Source: Scyliorhinus canicula | Lineage: Eukaryota | Direction of reading: 5' to 3' | Length of the DNA stretch: 64,000 bases | Assembly (NCBI RefSeq): GCF_902713615.1 | Contig: NW_024056036.1 | Span: 62,001 to 126,000, forward strand | Shown: piece by piece, positions 11,699 to 24,010 of the stretch | Position numbering within the stretch: the stretch's first letter is position 1 | Layout: every line of letters begins with the position of its first letter | The notes under the pieces: model-generated | Told to the model about the DNA's origin: nothing | The model's input: only the letters and a program-made list of their open reading frames with translations | The model's database searches: none | Translations under genes and position numbers: made by a program

Positions 11699-13939
11699 AA
11701 AGGTTTACAACCAGTCAGGAAGATTTCTGGTCCCAACACAATGGCAACACACACAAACTGAACAGACACATAAGGTGCAACAATCAAGTTGCCAGCAGAT
11801 AGATCTGTTCAATCTGTCAATTCCATTCAAACTGTTTGATGCGGATTGATCAATGGCCAAATTTACCACAACAATAATTCTATTATTTCTTCGAAATTAA
11901 TTGATAATCATCTGAAAATGCCCTCCGACTTTCAACTATTTATCCCTATCTTTCTCAAATTTCGAAATTTGGGCAAAATATAATTTTGCTGAAAATGAGC
12001 ACATCGAATGTTACAGATTGAGGCGAGTTTAATAATGAGCCTGACAGAGTTTCAGTGGCATGGTAAGAATTAAACAAACTGGGAAACATTCACATTGAAA
12101 ACCGATTACCTGATGTATCCAATTTCTTAATAAACCGTGATCAACAAGACAATCGAGGCGAAACACCCGAGTAAAGAAACATATTGTTTATGAAATACAT
12201 TTTCGATAGAATTTAAAATTCTTTGAAAGCTTTGATTATTTTGCGTACCACTCCAACTCAATTGTCGGAGGTCATTTATGTTTAATTAATTAGCACTAGA
12301 ATTATATTGTAGTTTATTGTTAATTGCCAGTTAGTTCCCCTGTTAGGTTATTTGTACTTTATAATAAACAATAGAAAAAAAATCAAACTTATTTCTGCCT
12401 GGACTTTTACTACGTAATTTAATTCAATCTTAAGCAGTGTTAAAGAATAAATGTCGAATTCATGGATGCAAGTATTCAGACATGTTAGGTGAACCCTGAG
12501 TGTACCTGAACAGGTGGCGGAGTGTGGCGCCCAGGGGCTTTTAACAGTACCTTCATTGCAGTATTAATGTAAGCCTACTTGTGACACTATTAAGATTGCT
12601 ATTATTACTTTTAATTGAATCTAATAAATGTAATATTTTACTTTTACTCCAACGACGCTCTTTTAATCGGCAAAAATGTTCAATATGCACATTTCAGAGC
12701 GCGTTAATAAATCTTAAATTCCAACTATTCTCAGAGTGTAATTCACATAATAAATTTATGAGTGTAATATTTTAAATATTTTCAACAGGGTTCACATCAC
12801 AGTAACTGCGATAGGGACATGTAACATAATCTGCTTTTTAGTGCGGGACTCCCACGCAAAACTACATATATAAATAAATAAAGCCCCTGGCAGTTTGGAA
12901 TCAATAAAAATGCTTCCTAGATTGAATGATTCAGACAATTCAAGCAATTCAATTATTAAAATATTGCTTCATTGAAGGAGATCCGAAATAATCAGTGTAA
13001 AACAGTGAAAACAATTCATCCAGATCCTCTGCAACACTGAAATATAATGTGCAAGTTAAGTCGAGATTTTCTGTTCAATTTAATATTTAATAAGAATTAA
13101 ACACAAGGCTCAGATGACATCGATTCTTGTGTTTTATCATTTATTTTTCTGATAATTATATCCTATGTACAGCACAGATATGGGAGATAGGTGATATTAT
13201 TTATTGTAAAGCTAATGTTTACCTTCTGTGATTAAATTTATCTCTTTGAATTTCAAGCCCTTACTTTTCCATTACTCGCCAAATGAAATCTGAACCATCC
13301 TACAATTCAAATCGAATCAGATGAAGTATTCCTTGAATGTCAGCGACTTCCATATCTCAGAAAACACTTTATGACCAGCTTAATGTCAATTGTCTTGCTA
13401 TACAACGACACATGCAATTGAATGAATAATATAGTTGCGTCTGCACAGTAAGAATATAATAACTGGGTCCATATATTGCCCAACTGCGATGTAAAATTCC
13501 GATTAAAGTGAATCGTGATATGTTCCCAACCTAGAAATGTTTCCGGCCATAATAGTGCGCAGATTGGAGCTGAATTGTGAAAAGTGATTGATGATTAATG
13601 ATGAATGATATTAATATAAAAGCATCTTTGGTTAATTTGTTATATTAACGCATTTTATTTGTTTGAATTATATTAATTGACTGTTCAATTTGAAAAATTG
13701 TTAATCAATAGTTTCTGATCGCAACAATGAAATTTGTTAGAAATGATCGTTACAAGCCATGGTTTATTCTGTAATCATCAGCTAAAATTCAAAAATTGCT
13801 GTATCTTTATATCTTAATTTTTTCTTCATTTCCCAATCCAGTCGATTTTCTGTTTGTAGTCCTACTTCAAGAACTTCCAAACGCATAGACTGTTTACATT
13901 CAACCAGAAAACGTGTAACAGCTCAGTGCCACCGAGTTA

Positions 13940-13981
13940 AACAATGCAGCAACAATGCAGCAACAATGCAGCAACAATGCA
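13940..13981 (+). repeat. 11-bp tandem repeat (AACAATGCAGC) x ~3.8
   Basis: Directly visible. Confidence 0.85.
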
Positions 13982-14701
13982 AAAACGTCAAATCGTTTCA
14001 CAAAGTTTAAAGATTCACTGTCACCCGGACACACAATCTCCACAGCAGAAAACCACAAAATCACATCATTTAATGGCTGAAACCCATTTTATGGAGAAGC
14101 AATTCAATTCGACAAACACATTCAACAGAACCAATTGCAACATTGCAGCAAAATCTCGATAAAATATACAGCCAACTAGCTCATAATCTAAACGACTTAA
14201 TTACAATGTTAAATTAAACAGAAATATGTTACATTGCCATCGGCATTTTGAGCACGTAGATTATGTTCAATAAATGAAGATTGGAACTTTGCCACATTTA
14301 AAAAATATTGTGTTATATTTCAAACATATTTAAACATATGATTGTATCAGATGATAAAACCGAAAGCCACCAGATGCCACCTAGGTTAAACACTGCAGAA
14401 ACACCAAACTATTCAACAAAGTTTAGGCATTTAAAATAACCCAGCCACACAGTATCTTCAGAAAATAAACAACAAACTACACAAACCAGGGACTATATCC
14501 CTCAGCAGCATCTTTTTGTCAATAAATAGAGGAATTTTATAACAGTTTTCAGTACAATCATATGAAACATTTCAAAAAATCTCAATACAGAATCCACCAA
14601 ACCACATTTCAGTGAACGAATGAATTGTTAAAGGTGACAAAAATATAAAACAACGACTGAAATAAAGTACCGTAGTTAGTAAATAATTGAATGGTTCTTA
14701 C

Positions 14702-14749
14702 CTGCAGTTACCGTCACCATGGTCCCCTGTCCCCAGTAGCCCATGATGT
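14702..14749 (-). CDS. IGHJ: IgH joining segment (IMGYWGQGTMVTVTA), intact GT donor at 14701-14700 (GTAAGA)
   Basis: WGxG motif typical of IgH J, preceded by a 23-RSS. Confidence 0.95.
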
Positions 14750-14788
14750 CACAGTGTCACATTCCCTGAGCAGCTCCATACAATAACC
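14750..14788 (-). other. J recombination signal: GGTTATTGT - 23 bp - CACTGTG
   Basis: Heptamer 14750-14756, spacer 14757-14779, nonamer 14780-14788. Confidence 0.93.
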
Positions 14789-15117
14789 GCACCTGCACAA
14801 AATAGACAGAAATCTACCATTATTTTTAATATTCACAAACCAGAGACAAAGTAAAGTCACGATGGATCTTCAACGGATTATAATTACATGGTGGATATCG
14901 TTCACACTTCATAAATGACCCCAATGTTTCATATATCACAGAGTAACACATGTACATCTCATTCAAACCATCTACTGATAATTGGATGATTATCACATAA
15001 TTAACAAAATTGAAACATGTAATTAGACAGTTTTGAACATAAATAATACTTCACTGTAAATAAAGTTGGATTGTAAAAGCGAGCACTAAGCCAGCCTCAG
15101 TTAATTAGTGCTGAGGG

Positions 15118-15184
15118 GCTTTTTGTATTGACAGTAACTGCTGTGCCCCGGTTTATCACAGTGAGACACAGCGTCTCAAATACT
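15118..15184 (-). other. IGHD: IgH D segment ATAAACCGGGG (15146-15156) flanked by two 12-bp-spacer RSSs
   Basis: 3' RSS CACAGCA-12-ACAAAAAGC (15145-15118). 5' RSS CACAGTG-12-TCAAATACT read on + (15157-15184). Confidence 0.88.
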
Positions 15185-15487
15185 GCGGCAGACTGTTAAC
15201 TGTAAAATACAGAGATTAAATTTCACTGCTCTCTCAAAAACGTGATCCCGAATCGCCCAGCAGTGAACAAGTGAGATATTCCAACCTAGACTGGTTGTTC
15301 TAGTCGTAAAAGGAGTTGGGATACGTTTAAAACCCCTGATATAATATGATCAATAATACTAATGTAATCAAGATTTTAATGTTTTTTTAAACCAATGGTA
15401 CTTCCATCTATTATTTGATATAAGTTTCGTTTGCTTTGACAATTTGCTGTGGCGCTGATCACCAATTTGAACAAACTCTATCACTGA

Positions 15488-15525
15488 GGTTTTTGTGTGA
15501 GGATGTCGCTGTGCACAGCACTGTG
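15488..15525 (-). other. VH recombination signal: CACAGTG - 22 bp - ACAAAAACC
   Basis: Consensus heptamer and nonamer. Spacer counted as 22 (15497-15518). Confidence 0.92.
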
Positions 15526-16003
15526 AGCCATCCTGCACAGTAATAGATGGCGGTGTCTTCGGTCTTAAGGCTGGTCATGGCGAAAGCGAAGATGTTGTTT
15601 GAAAGATCTTTGGACGCAGTGAATCGGCCTTGAGTCGCGGAGGCGTAAAGCTGAGCGGATGAACTGTGATAGGCAGCCAGCCATTCCAGCCCCTGTCCGG
15701 GAACCTGGCGGACCCAGTACATCCAGGTGCTGCCAAGATTTAAGCCGGTTTTGCAGGTCAGTGTCAGCGAGCCTCCGGGACGCCCGGTCTCTGCCTCTGG
15801 CTGAGTCAACGCATCAACCGACTGGATACCTGTAAAAATATATCAAAAAGCCCGAGGATTAATGCTGGTGAAATGATTGGTGACTTTGGAATATTCCAGA
15901 GAGAGACGAACACTGAGACAGTAACAGTGAGAGACTTGGACAATAACAACTACTCACGGGATAAGAAAGTCAGCAACAAACTGAGAGAAATGGCCCACCT
16001 CAT
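15526..16003 (-). CDS. IGHV: IgM-type heavy-chain V gene: leader exon 16003-15958 ([15 protein letters not shown]) + V exon 15829-15526 ([51 protein letters not shown]...[11 protein letters not shown]), open frame
   Basis: Phase-1 GT/AG intron (128 bp), Cys23/Trp41/Cys104 present. FR1 TQPEAE..PGGSL.LTCKT and FR3 RFTASKD.SNNIF...[11 protein letters not shown] match recalled shark IgM VH. TATTTAAAT upstream (16094-16102). Confidence 0.93.
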
Positions 16004-19000
16004 CCTTCTGGTCATTTGGGGGAAATGGTTGTGTCACGAACTCAGTGAACAAACCAGCTCCCGGACTGTTGGATTCGGGTCCCAGTGAGCGGCATTTAAA
16101 TACCCGGCAGAAGGGGGCGGCTTTCCAGGCGCCGCCTGTTGATTCCCTGGTGGAGGCGGCGACTGGATCCACGTCCCACCTTCCACACCCCCAACAGAAT
16201 GGACTCAGAGATTTACTATAGGTTATTATTAAAAGTGGATATTTATCTGTATCGGGATATTTGTTTGTCTGAATAGGTTCATTGAAATGTCTGTCCTCAT
16301 CCTAATCTGAAATTAGATTTTCGCATCTGTTAATAAAAGTTAATTCCATTGTAAATTCAGTCCCTTTATTTCGACCCTTCAACATAAGTGGATGAACATA
16401 GAAAGATTAAATTATGTTAACAGGGAATAAGATGTCTGTCTTATTTGCAACAACTCCGGGTCTCTATCCAATTAAAACAATAACTTCTAATTAATCAGCA
16501 GAATTGTTCCCGATTTCTGTAACTAAATACAGGGAATGAATAAAGTGATTTATTTACATTGTGCAAGGCTATCATTAAACAATGTAGGTCTGGGGGCAGG
16601 AAGAAACTCTCACATTACACAATGTTTCTCCTGGTATTTCTCGAACTGCCCCTGAGCCTCAGACAGCCCTGTGAACATTAGCGGTGAAAGAAGCCGCTTG
16701 CCTGATAATTCAGCAGTGAGTTGACAGAGAAACATAAAATTCACACCAGCTTTTGACAGAGAAGTTAATGAATCAGAACGGACTGGGCGATCAGCAAAGT
16801 TATCCTTCAGCATCCAAACCATTGCCGCTCATTTTACTGACCACCGGCTGTCTAACATTCACTGGTGTTGGGAACACAGGATATCAGGACTTTGCAGCAT
16901 ATTACACAACATCACAGGAATAAATGTTTAATCTTCCACTGAAGCAGGTCATGAACTGGTCATTTCTCCACTCATTGGCAGCAATGAGAGAGACTGTTAA
17001 ATAATGGAAAACAGCACAAATTAAACTGTACAGAACACGGTGTTAATAAGGTATAAGAGACGCCTCCGTTTAAATGGGGTCAACAAATTAGCGAATATTC
17101 ATGCAATCCTCGCGAGTTCAATGCACTTTTCTTATTTTCAATTCATTTTATTTTATTTTTTGCTATTTCACTCATCTTATTGGGCTTTTAGATTGGGCCC
17201 ATCAACACCACTCACCCTCTCGCCCCATTAGGTTATTAACAAACGGACTTTAATAACTAGAGTGACCTTTACTCGGAAGTAATATAAATTAAATAGCACC
17301 TGGTCAGTTTACTATTTTCCGATCACGTTTAATCTCTGAATATATTTATTCGATGAGACACCATTTAAAACCTTTAGTTCATGTGAGACTGAAACATTTA
17401 TTGTTTGAATGGATAAATCCCGTTGTGTCCATTCATATTCAGGCTAATCTGCCCCACACAGTATTTGGCAGCAATCCAGCCGCCTGCAGTCAGGGAGGCT
17501 CGAATGTTCAATGTTGTTTACAGGAAGCATCTGGATTTGTTTTTCAGAGATCTGTTTGCTCAGTACTGACCGCTTGGCTGCAAGCCAACTTCAAACTCGT
17601 AACATTGTCAATGAGGACTATTTATAAACAAATCTACCCAGCAACAGTACTGGAGATCATTTTATGTTTTAAATTGTGAACCTATTTGAACTGTTCCCAT
17701 CTCTAAGGAAAGGAGAGTTATCCAGCTTTTCTAGCCTCTCTTAGTAACACTAGCCGGCTGGAGGATCTCTCCCACACCTCATAACATTGTGATGATGGAT
17801 AGAAATACATTCAGACAATCAGACAGGGGATACATTTTGTAATAGATAAACATGTGCATTCATGTTTTTTTCTCTTTATTCTTCCATGGAATGTGGGACT
17901 CACTGGCAAGACCACCATGTGTTCCTGTCCCTAATTGCTGTTGAACTGAGTGGGCCAGCTCAGAAGGAACTGAAGAGTCAGACATGTTGCTGTCTGACTG
18001 GAGCCACATGTAGGTGAGACCAGGGAGGGATGTCAGATTTCCTTCATTGGTAAAGCAGAGGGGATTTCATGGTCACCATTAGTATGTATTCCAGATTTAA
18101 TTGAATTCAAATTCCACCAGCGGCCATGGTGGGATTTGTACCTGAGTCCCCACAGAATTAGCCTGGGCCTTTGGATTACTGGTACAATAACATGAATACC
18201 ACACCACCACCTGCCAAAAGATAAAGGGGTGACTATGTTTATGTAGTGATGGATCCAGGCCAAAGCAGCCCCTTTGATTGTCATCCTATGTGCAAACACT
18301 CCTATGAGGGACATGGATAGAATGGATGGGCTGGAACGCATTTCCAGGGTGGAGAGGTCTGTGACCAGGGAGCATAGGTTTAAGGTCCGTGGGGCAACGT
18401 TTAGAGGAGGTGTGCGAGGCAAGGTTCCATCCACCACCGACGAACAATGACAATAATGTACCATCCACAAGATGCACCACAGAAACCCATCAAGTCTAAT
18501 TTGAAAAGCCTTCTCAACCGTGGCCCATTACCTTCTAGAAGGAAAAGGCAGCTGACACATGGGAAGGTCACCACCTGGAAATTCCCCTCCCTCTCCTGAC
18601 TTGGAAATATATCGCATAATTTTCGCTGTCGCTGGTTCAAACAACTAGAACTCCCTCCCTAACAGCACCGTTGGTGTACTGACACCAGAGTGACTGCGGA
18701 GGTTCAAATAGGTAGCACACCACCACTTTGTGAAAGACAATTAGCGATGGTCAATAAATCATTGCCGAGCTAGCGACACCCGCACCATATAACTTAATTT
18801 AAAACTGTACCAATTTTTGTGAAACAACATAATTGGTGAATTTAATTATTTATATTCATAATTGAATGAAGATTGATGAATATAATTACTATGTTTCTGA
18901 ACATTTGTGACCTTCTTATCTGCTGGAAGATATAAGCCATCCCACAGGAGATTCATGATGCAAAATCATAAACAATATCTGAAAACAAAGTGGACAGAGG

Positions 19001-19399
19001 AAACTGCAGCAACTATTGACATATCTCACTCATAGCAGCACTGGGAAAGGCCTTTGCTGGCTTCACACTTTAAACACTCCATCTGCTTGCAGGCTGAATA
19101 TAGCTGGAAGCACGGTGTGGTGTTTGTGTCGCAAGATTTACTCTGGACATGATCTGCTCCCTCTGCCTCTTCACCTTACTTACATCAATCAAAATAAACA
19201 TTCGACACCGTCAGCAGAGCAAGGACTATAAGATTTGTGGATAATTGGCTGTCTGCTAAAGCTCCCCTGTCTCATTCGCTCCTTCCATGCCAAAATGCAC
19301 TGCATTGTACAGATTGAGGATTCCACTTCCGATAGATTCTAAGTGAATGATTGAGTGAAAGAGGACAGTGTGATTGACCCAACTCTATTCGGGAGCTTC

Positions 19400-19870
19400 C
19401 TCTTCAAGCTGCTGATCTTCGCCTTCCCTGAAGATATGGATGAAATCCACTAGCACACTCCGTCAGGCTGTAACCTCTACAATCTCTCAGTCATCAAAAC
19501 AGAGACAAAATCACAATGCATCCGCATCAGGGAATTCCTCCACGCTGAAAATTCGATCATCCAAACAAAACATAATCTGCAGAGACTCATGGACTCTGTC
19601 CTCAGTGCCTGTAACATGTTCATCCTTACCACAAGCATGAGGAAAGCATTGGTCCTGGACAAGGTGTTGCACTTTCGCCAATGGTCACACTAAATAAGAG
19701 CCGGTGAGCAGATTCTGCTCCCGAGATTCCATGTTGAGAGACTGCTTTCATGTAGAACGTGATGCTGACATGTGGAAAGCAGGTACTACCTTTGTTTGAC
19801 TCATAAAATTGTCCATGGAATAACATCAAGCTTTGGAACGAGCTGATGGTTTATAAGGCCTAAACTCTCA
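19400..19870 (+). mobile_element. Degenerate RTE-clade LINE fragment (RT C-terminal part)
   Basis: + strand translates IRIREFLHAENSIIQTKHNLQRLMDSVLSACNMFILTTSMRK, resembling RTE ..ELLFADD..LQRLMD.F..AC..FGLTIS..K. Confidence 0.6.
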
Positions 19871-19889
19871 GAACCTAATGTCAACAATG

Positions 19890-20222
19890 TAGCCCAGTGG
19901 ATCGCACAGTTGCTTCACAGCTTCAGTTCCCTGGTTTGATTTCCACCTTGGGTCACTGTTTGATCGGAGTCTGCACATTCTTCCCGTATCTGCGTGGGTT
20001 CCTCTGGGTGCTCCGGTTTCCTCCCACAGTCCAAAGATATGCAGGATAGGTGGATTGGCTCTGCTAAATTGCCATGAGTATCCAAAAAAGGCCAGATGGG
20101 GTTACAGAGATAGGGTGGAGATGTGGGAATAGGGGAGAGGCACGGGTTAGGTAGGATGCTGTCTCCAAGGGACTTGATGGGCCGAATAGGCTCCTTCTGC
20201 ACTGTAAATTATATGATTCTAT
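19890..20222 (+). mobile_element. HE1-type SINE, diverged
   Basis: Contains GGTGCTCCGGTTTCCTCCCACAGTCCAAAGAT..GGTGGATTGGC..GCTAAATTGCC core. Confidence 0.8.
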
Positions 20223-21600
20223 GAACCTTGTTGTATGTCTGTGAAACAAGGAACACTTGCAGCTGTCAAAGAAAAATTGCTCCAAAAATGTCATCATTGT
20301 CGGCAGTGTGTAATGCATATTTACAGGCAGGACAAAGTCAGAAATGCGGCATTGCTCTCAAAGACAGAGCTTCCAAATCTCTTCAAAACAATCAAAAAGA
20401 GGTGGTTTGCACGGTTCTCGTGTGGTCTCTAAATGGAAGATGGTCACATGACCAAGAAATTTCCACTTCGCGAAGCAGCCGGCGCCACGCAACCAGTGGG
20501 AAGCCAGATATTCCACTTCAAGGTTTCTTCTAAGTGTGACATAATGTCCTTAAACCTAAATATTGAGCATCGCAATTGGGTGTCACCAGCAGCAAACTGA
20601 AAAAAATGGCGACACTTCCGGTGGGCTGGTGTGAGCCACCAGGACCAGTGGATTTAGCAGCTTTGAAATAGACCAAACCGAGAATATGAAAACCCAGAAC
20701 GACAATTGTGATCTTCATGTGCAATACTTGCGTCAAAATCAGTGGATATTTGTTGTGTATCTGTTGATAATAGAAGGATGCCTGTGACCTTAGTGAAATC
20801 CAGTTGTATACAACATGATGTGCTTCATACAAAGACACGCAAAAATTCGCTTTCACACACACACACAGCAAAACACAGATACACACAGTCTCTCACACAC
20901 GCATTCTCTCTGTCTTACACGCACACCCACATTTTCCCTTTCAACTTAAGATCCCATCTTAACTTCCTTGGAGGCTTTGGAGTCAATGGCCCCAACCGTC
21001 TTTCAGCTGGTATAATGAACCAACGAATTTGCCCCAACATCATGTACGTTAAGGTGAATGTTAAATTTCCTATGGACTCCATACAGGGCCCAGGAAACAC
21101 TCCTCCATTTAACAAAGATGAACAAAAACGCCCGACCAGAGATTCAGCCGCTTTGCTCTGGTGCTGACCTCACTGCGCAAGGATTAGCCACCAACACCTG
21201 CAATGAGTTAAACCTTAGATTATAGCAGCTCCGCAGAAGGCGATGTGATATTACATTTGTGAAAATGAATTATTGACCCATCAACATCATGGACCATACC
21301 TGACAACGACATTTTCACAGTAACTGCAATTGCAAAGTTTGGCCAGCAGATGGAATTTTAATCAAGATGCTTTCCATCACATGAAGCAGACATTGCCTCA
21401 ATAATTACTGCAGTGATCCCTGTCTCTGTTAATTTTAAATTGGGCTCCATCTGTTTTTTTTAGACTAGACTCTGTCTCTGTTTACATTACACGGCACTCT
21501 GTTTCAATTAATACTGCACCGGTACATGTCAATGTTTATATCACACAATCACTGTGATCCTATTTTTAATGGATAGGATCTACCTTTGCAGTTCATCAAC

Positions 21601-21789
21601 ATGAAATGAAATGAAATGAAAATCGCTTATTGTCACGAGTAGGCTTCAATGAAGTTATTGTGAAAAGCCCCTAGTCGCCACATTCCGGCGCCTGTCCGGG
21701 GAGGCTGGTACGGGAATCGAACCGTGCTGCTGGCCTGCTTGGTCTGCTTTAAAAGCCAGCGATTTAGCCGAGTGAGCTAAACCAGCCCC
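21601..21789 (-). mobile_element. Second tRNA-derived SINE family with (TTTCA)n tail; relatives at ~12490-12610 (+) and ~25925-26100 (+)
   Basis: Reverse strand GGGGCTGGTTTAGCTCA...GGTTCGATTCCC...CAGGCGCCGGAATGTGGCGACTAGGGGCTTTTCAC; A- and B-box-like motifs. Confidence 0.8.
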
Positions 21790-21799
21790 TGCAGTCCTA

Positions 21800-23120
21800 A
21801 ATAGTAATGAACAATTAAACAAATAGCCGGAGCAGGAGCCTCTTCAATGATGGGGGACCCAAGCACATCAGTGCAAAAAACAAGACTGAAAGTTTCTGCC
21901 AGAGGTACCAAGAGGATGATCCATCTCGGCCTCCTCCGGTGGTCTGCATCATCGTGGATGTCAGTCTTCAGGAAATTAGATCCGTCCACACGATATCAAG
22001 AAATGGCTGACAGCGCTGCAAACGTTATTCGACCTGGCAACATTATATCAACAATTCTGATGATTTGTGTTCCAGAACTGGCTGGGCCCCAGGCAACTTG
22101 CTCCAATGCAGATACAGCACTGGCTTGTACCCAACAATGTGTAACATTGGCAAACATGACTCGTTCACAAAACACAGGATAAATCCAACCCAGCCAATTA
22201 TTTCCCGATCAGTTCGCCTTTGATCAATCAGGAACTTTATAAAAAGTGTCAAGGATCATCCAGTAACGTATAGTGTCCTCGGATAGTGTCCCCGGCCCAA
22301 GCTTAACCCTTCATCATAAGGTCAGAAGTGGGGATGTTCGCTGATGATTACCCAATGTTCTGCACCATATTCAACTCCTCAAATACTGAAGCAGTTTGTC
22401 TTCAAGTGCAGCAAGCCTTGGACAACATTCCGGCTTGGGCTGGCAAGTGTCAGACAATGACCATCCCAAAAAGCAAGTTTCTAACCGTCTCTCCTAGATT
22501 TAAAATTATGCCACCGTGATTGAATCCCCCACTTTCAATATCCTCGGAATTATCATTGCTCAAAAACGGAACATTTTAAAAATGTGGCTACAAGAGCAGG
22601 TCAGTGGCTGGAAATTCTGCGGTGAGTAACTCATCTCGTCACTTCCCAACCCCTATCCAGAATCTATACGGCAGAAGTCAGGTGTTTGACTGAATATTCT
22701 CCATTGGTCTCACGTGTGCCCCTCAAGCAACACGTGAGATCTCGACGCCATCCAGGGCAAAGCAGCCGGCTCGACGAACACCCCATCCACCCCATCCACC
22801 ACATTCACTCCCTGCGTGATGCACAATTCTAGTAGATTGAACGACGTATAAGGATATCATGCAGCAACTGCCTCCTTCTATAGCACCTTCCAACACAGCA
22901 ACTCAGCCGCCTAAAAGGACCAGGCCCGGCAGATGCATTGTAACAGCAGGACCTCCAAGTTACCCACCAGGCCACACACCACCTTGATGGGAACTGTGTC
23001 TCTGTTCCTTCACTGTCACTGGTCAAAATCCTGGAACTCCCTTCCTGTCAGCTCTGTGGGTGTAGGTACTCAGTATGGAATGCAATGGTTCAATAAGAGG
23101 GCTCAACGCCACATTCTCAA
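21800..23120 (+). mobile_element. Degraded CR1/L2-like LINE RT fragments
   Basis: Remnant motifs in short ORFs (..ICVPELA.., GMFADD, LDNIPAWAGKCQ). Confidence 0.55.
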
Positions 23121-23722
23121 GGGAAATGAGGAATTGACAGCAAATGTTGACGTTACTGGCGACTCCAAGATCCCATTAAATCATTTTAAATATATCATTT
23201 ATCTGCTTACATTCACCTTGCCCCCGCCTCTGTTTACATTACACTCGGCCATGTCTCGAGCACATTGCAGCAGGTCCTGTCTCAGTTTTCCTGCACTCGG
23301 CTGAATATCAGTTATTAATATCCGGGGCTCACACCCAGTTTATGTTACAAATCCGTAATTATGACGCACTGACCCATGTCTCGGTTAGTCTGGTAAGAAA
23401 CACGTCACAATGGTTACATCATCAGAACGTTTTTCTGTGCATCGTAAACTGGAACAACATTCTGTTTGCATCACAAGTTGTTCGGTCTCAGTTATTACTT
23501 GACTAGATAGTTAAATTCCAATAAACTCAATCCTGCTTTAGTTAATGCTGCACATGTCCATTCCCCTGTTTATATAACACTAGGCCCTGCCTCTGTTACT
23601 CTTGTATTTTACGATATCCCTCTTATTGCTGCATTGATCATGTCTCAATTTGTATCAGACCACACTCCCCTCAACCAGAACGCAGATTATATTGCACTAG
23701 ACCCAATCTCTGTTTATCCCAT

Positions 23723-24010
23723 CGGCGGCATGGTGGCACAGTGGGTAGCACTGCTGCCTCATAGCGCCGGGGTTCAATTCCTGACTATCTGTGTGGAGTT
23801 TTTACTTTTCCCCTGTGTCTGCGTGGCTTTCCTCTGGGTCCTCCGGTTTCCTCCCATAGTCCAGATATGTGCAGGTTAGGTGGATTGGCCATTCGAAATT
23901 GCCCCTCAGTGTCCAAGGATGTACAGGTCATGGTGCAAGGGCGGGGGATTGGGGAGGGTGATATTTCAGAGGTTGGTGCAGATGCTATGGGCCGAGTGGC
24001 CTTCTGTCTT
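23723..24010 (+). mobile_element. HE1-type SINE, diverged
   Basis: GGCGGCATGGTGGCACAGTGGGTAGCACTGCTGCCTCA head and HE1 core. Confidence 0.78.

Noticed and set aside
13430-13560. TACTGTGCA (YCA) on - strand downstream of J as a leaderless supporting V
   Set aside because: Upstream frame (…GNIWTQLLYSYCA) lacks V framework and there is no RSS.
13915-14690. Possible diverged ~440-bp duplication just downstream of J
   Set aside because: Only short patches align by eye; no second J recognisable.
16004-16400. Ig octamer (ATGCAAAT) in the VH promoter
   Set aside because: Not present; its absence is expected for shark VH promoters and is not a defect.
17400-17620. TTLNIRASL...AKYCV on - strand as a V remnant
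   Set aside because: No FR2 Trp motif, RSS or leader.
20600-20630. AAAATGGCGACACTTCCGG (YY1 + ETS motifs)
   Set aside because: No associated gene or element; may be chance or an L1 5' remnant.
20990-21200. SWYNEP and DSAALLWC as a V remnant
   Set aside because: Similarity too weak; no nonamer at proper spacing.
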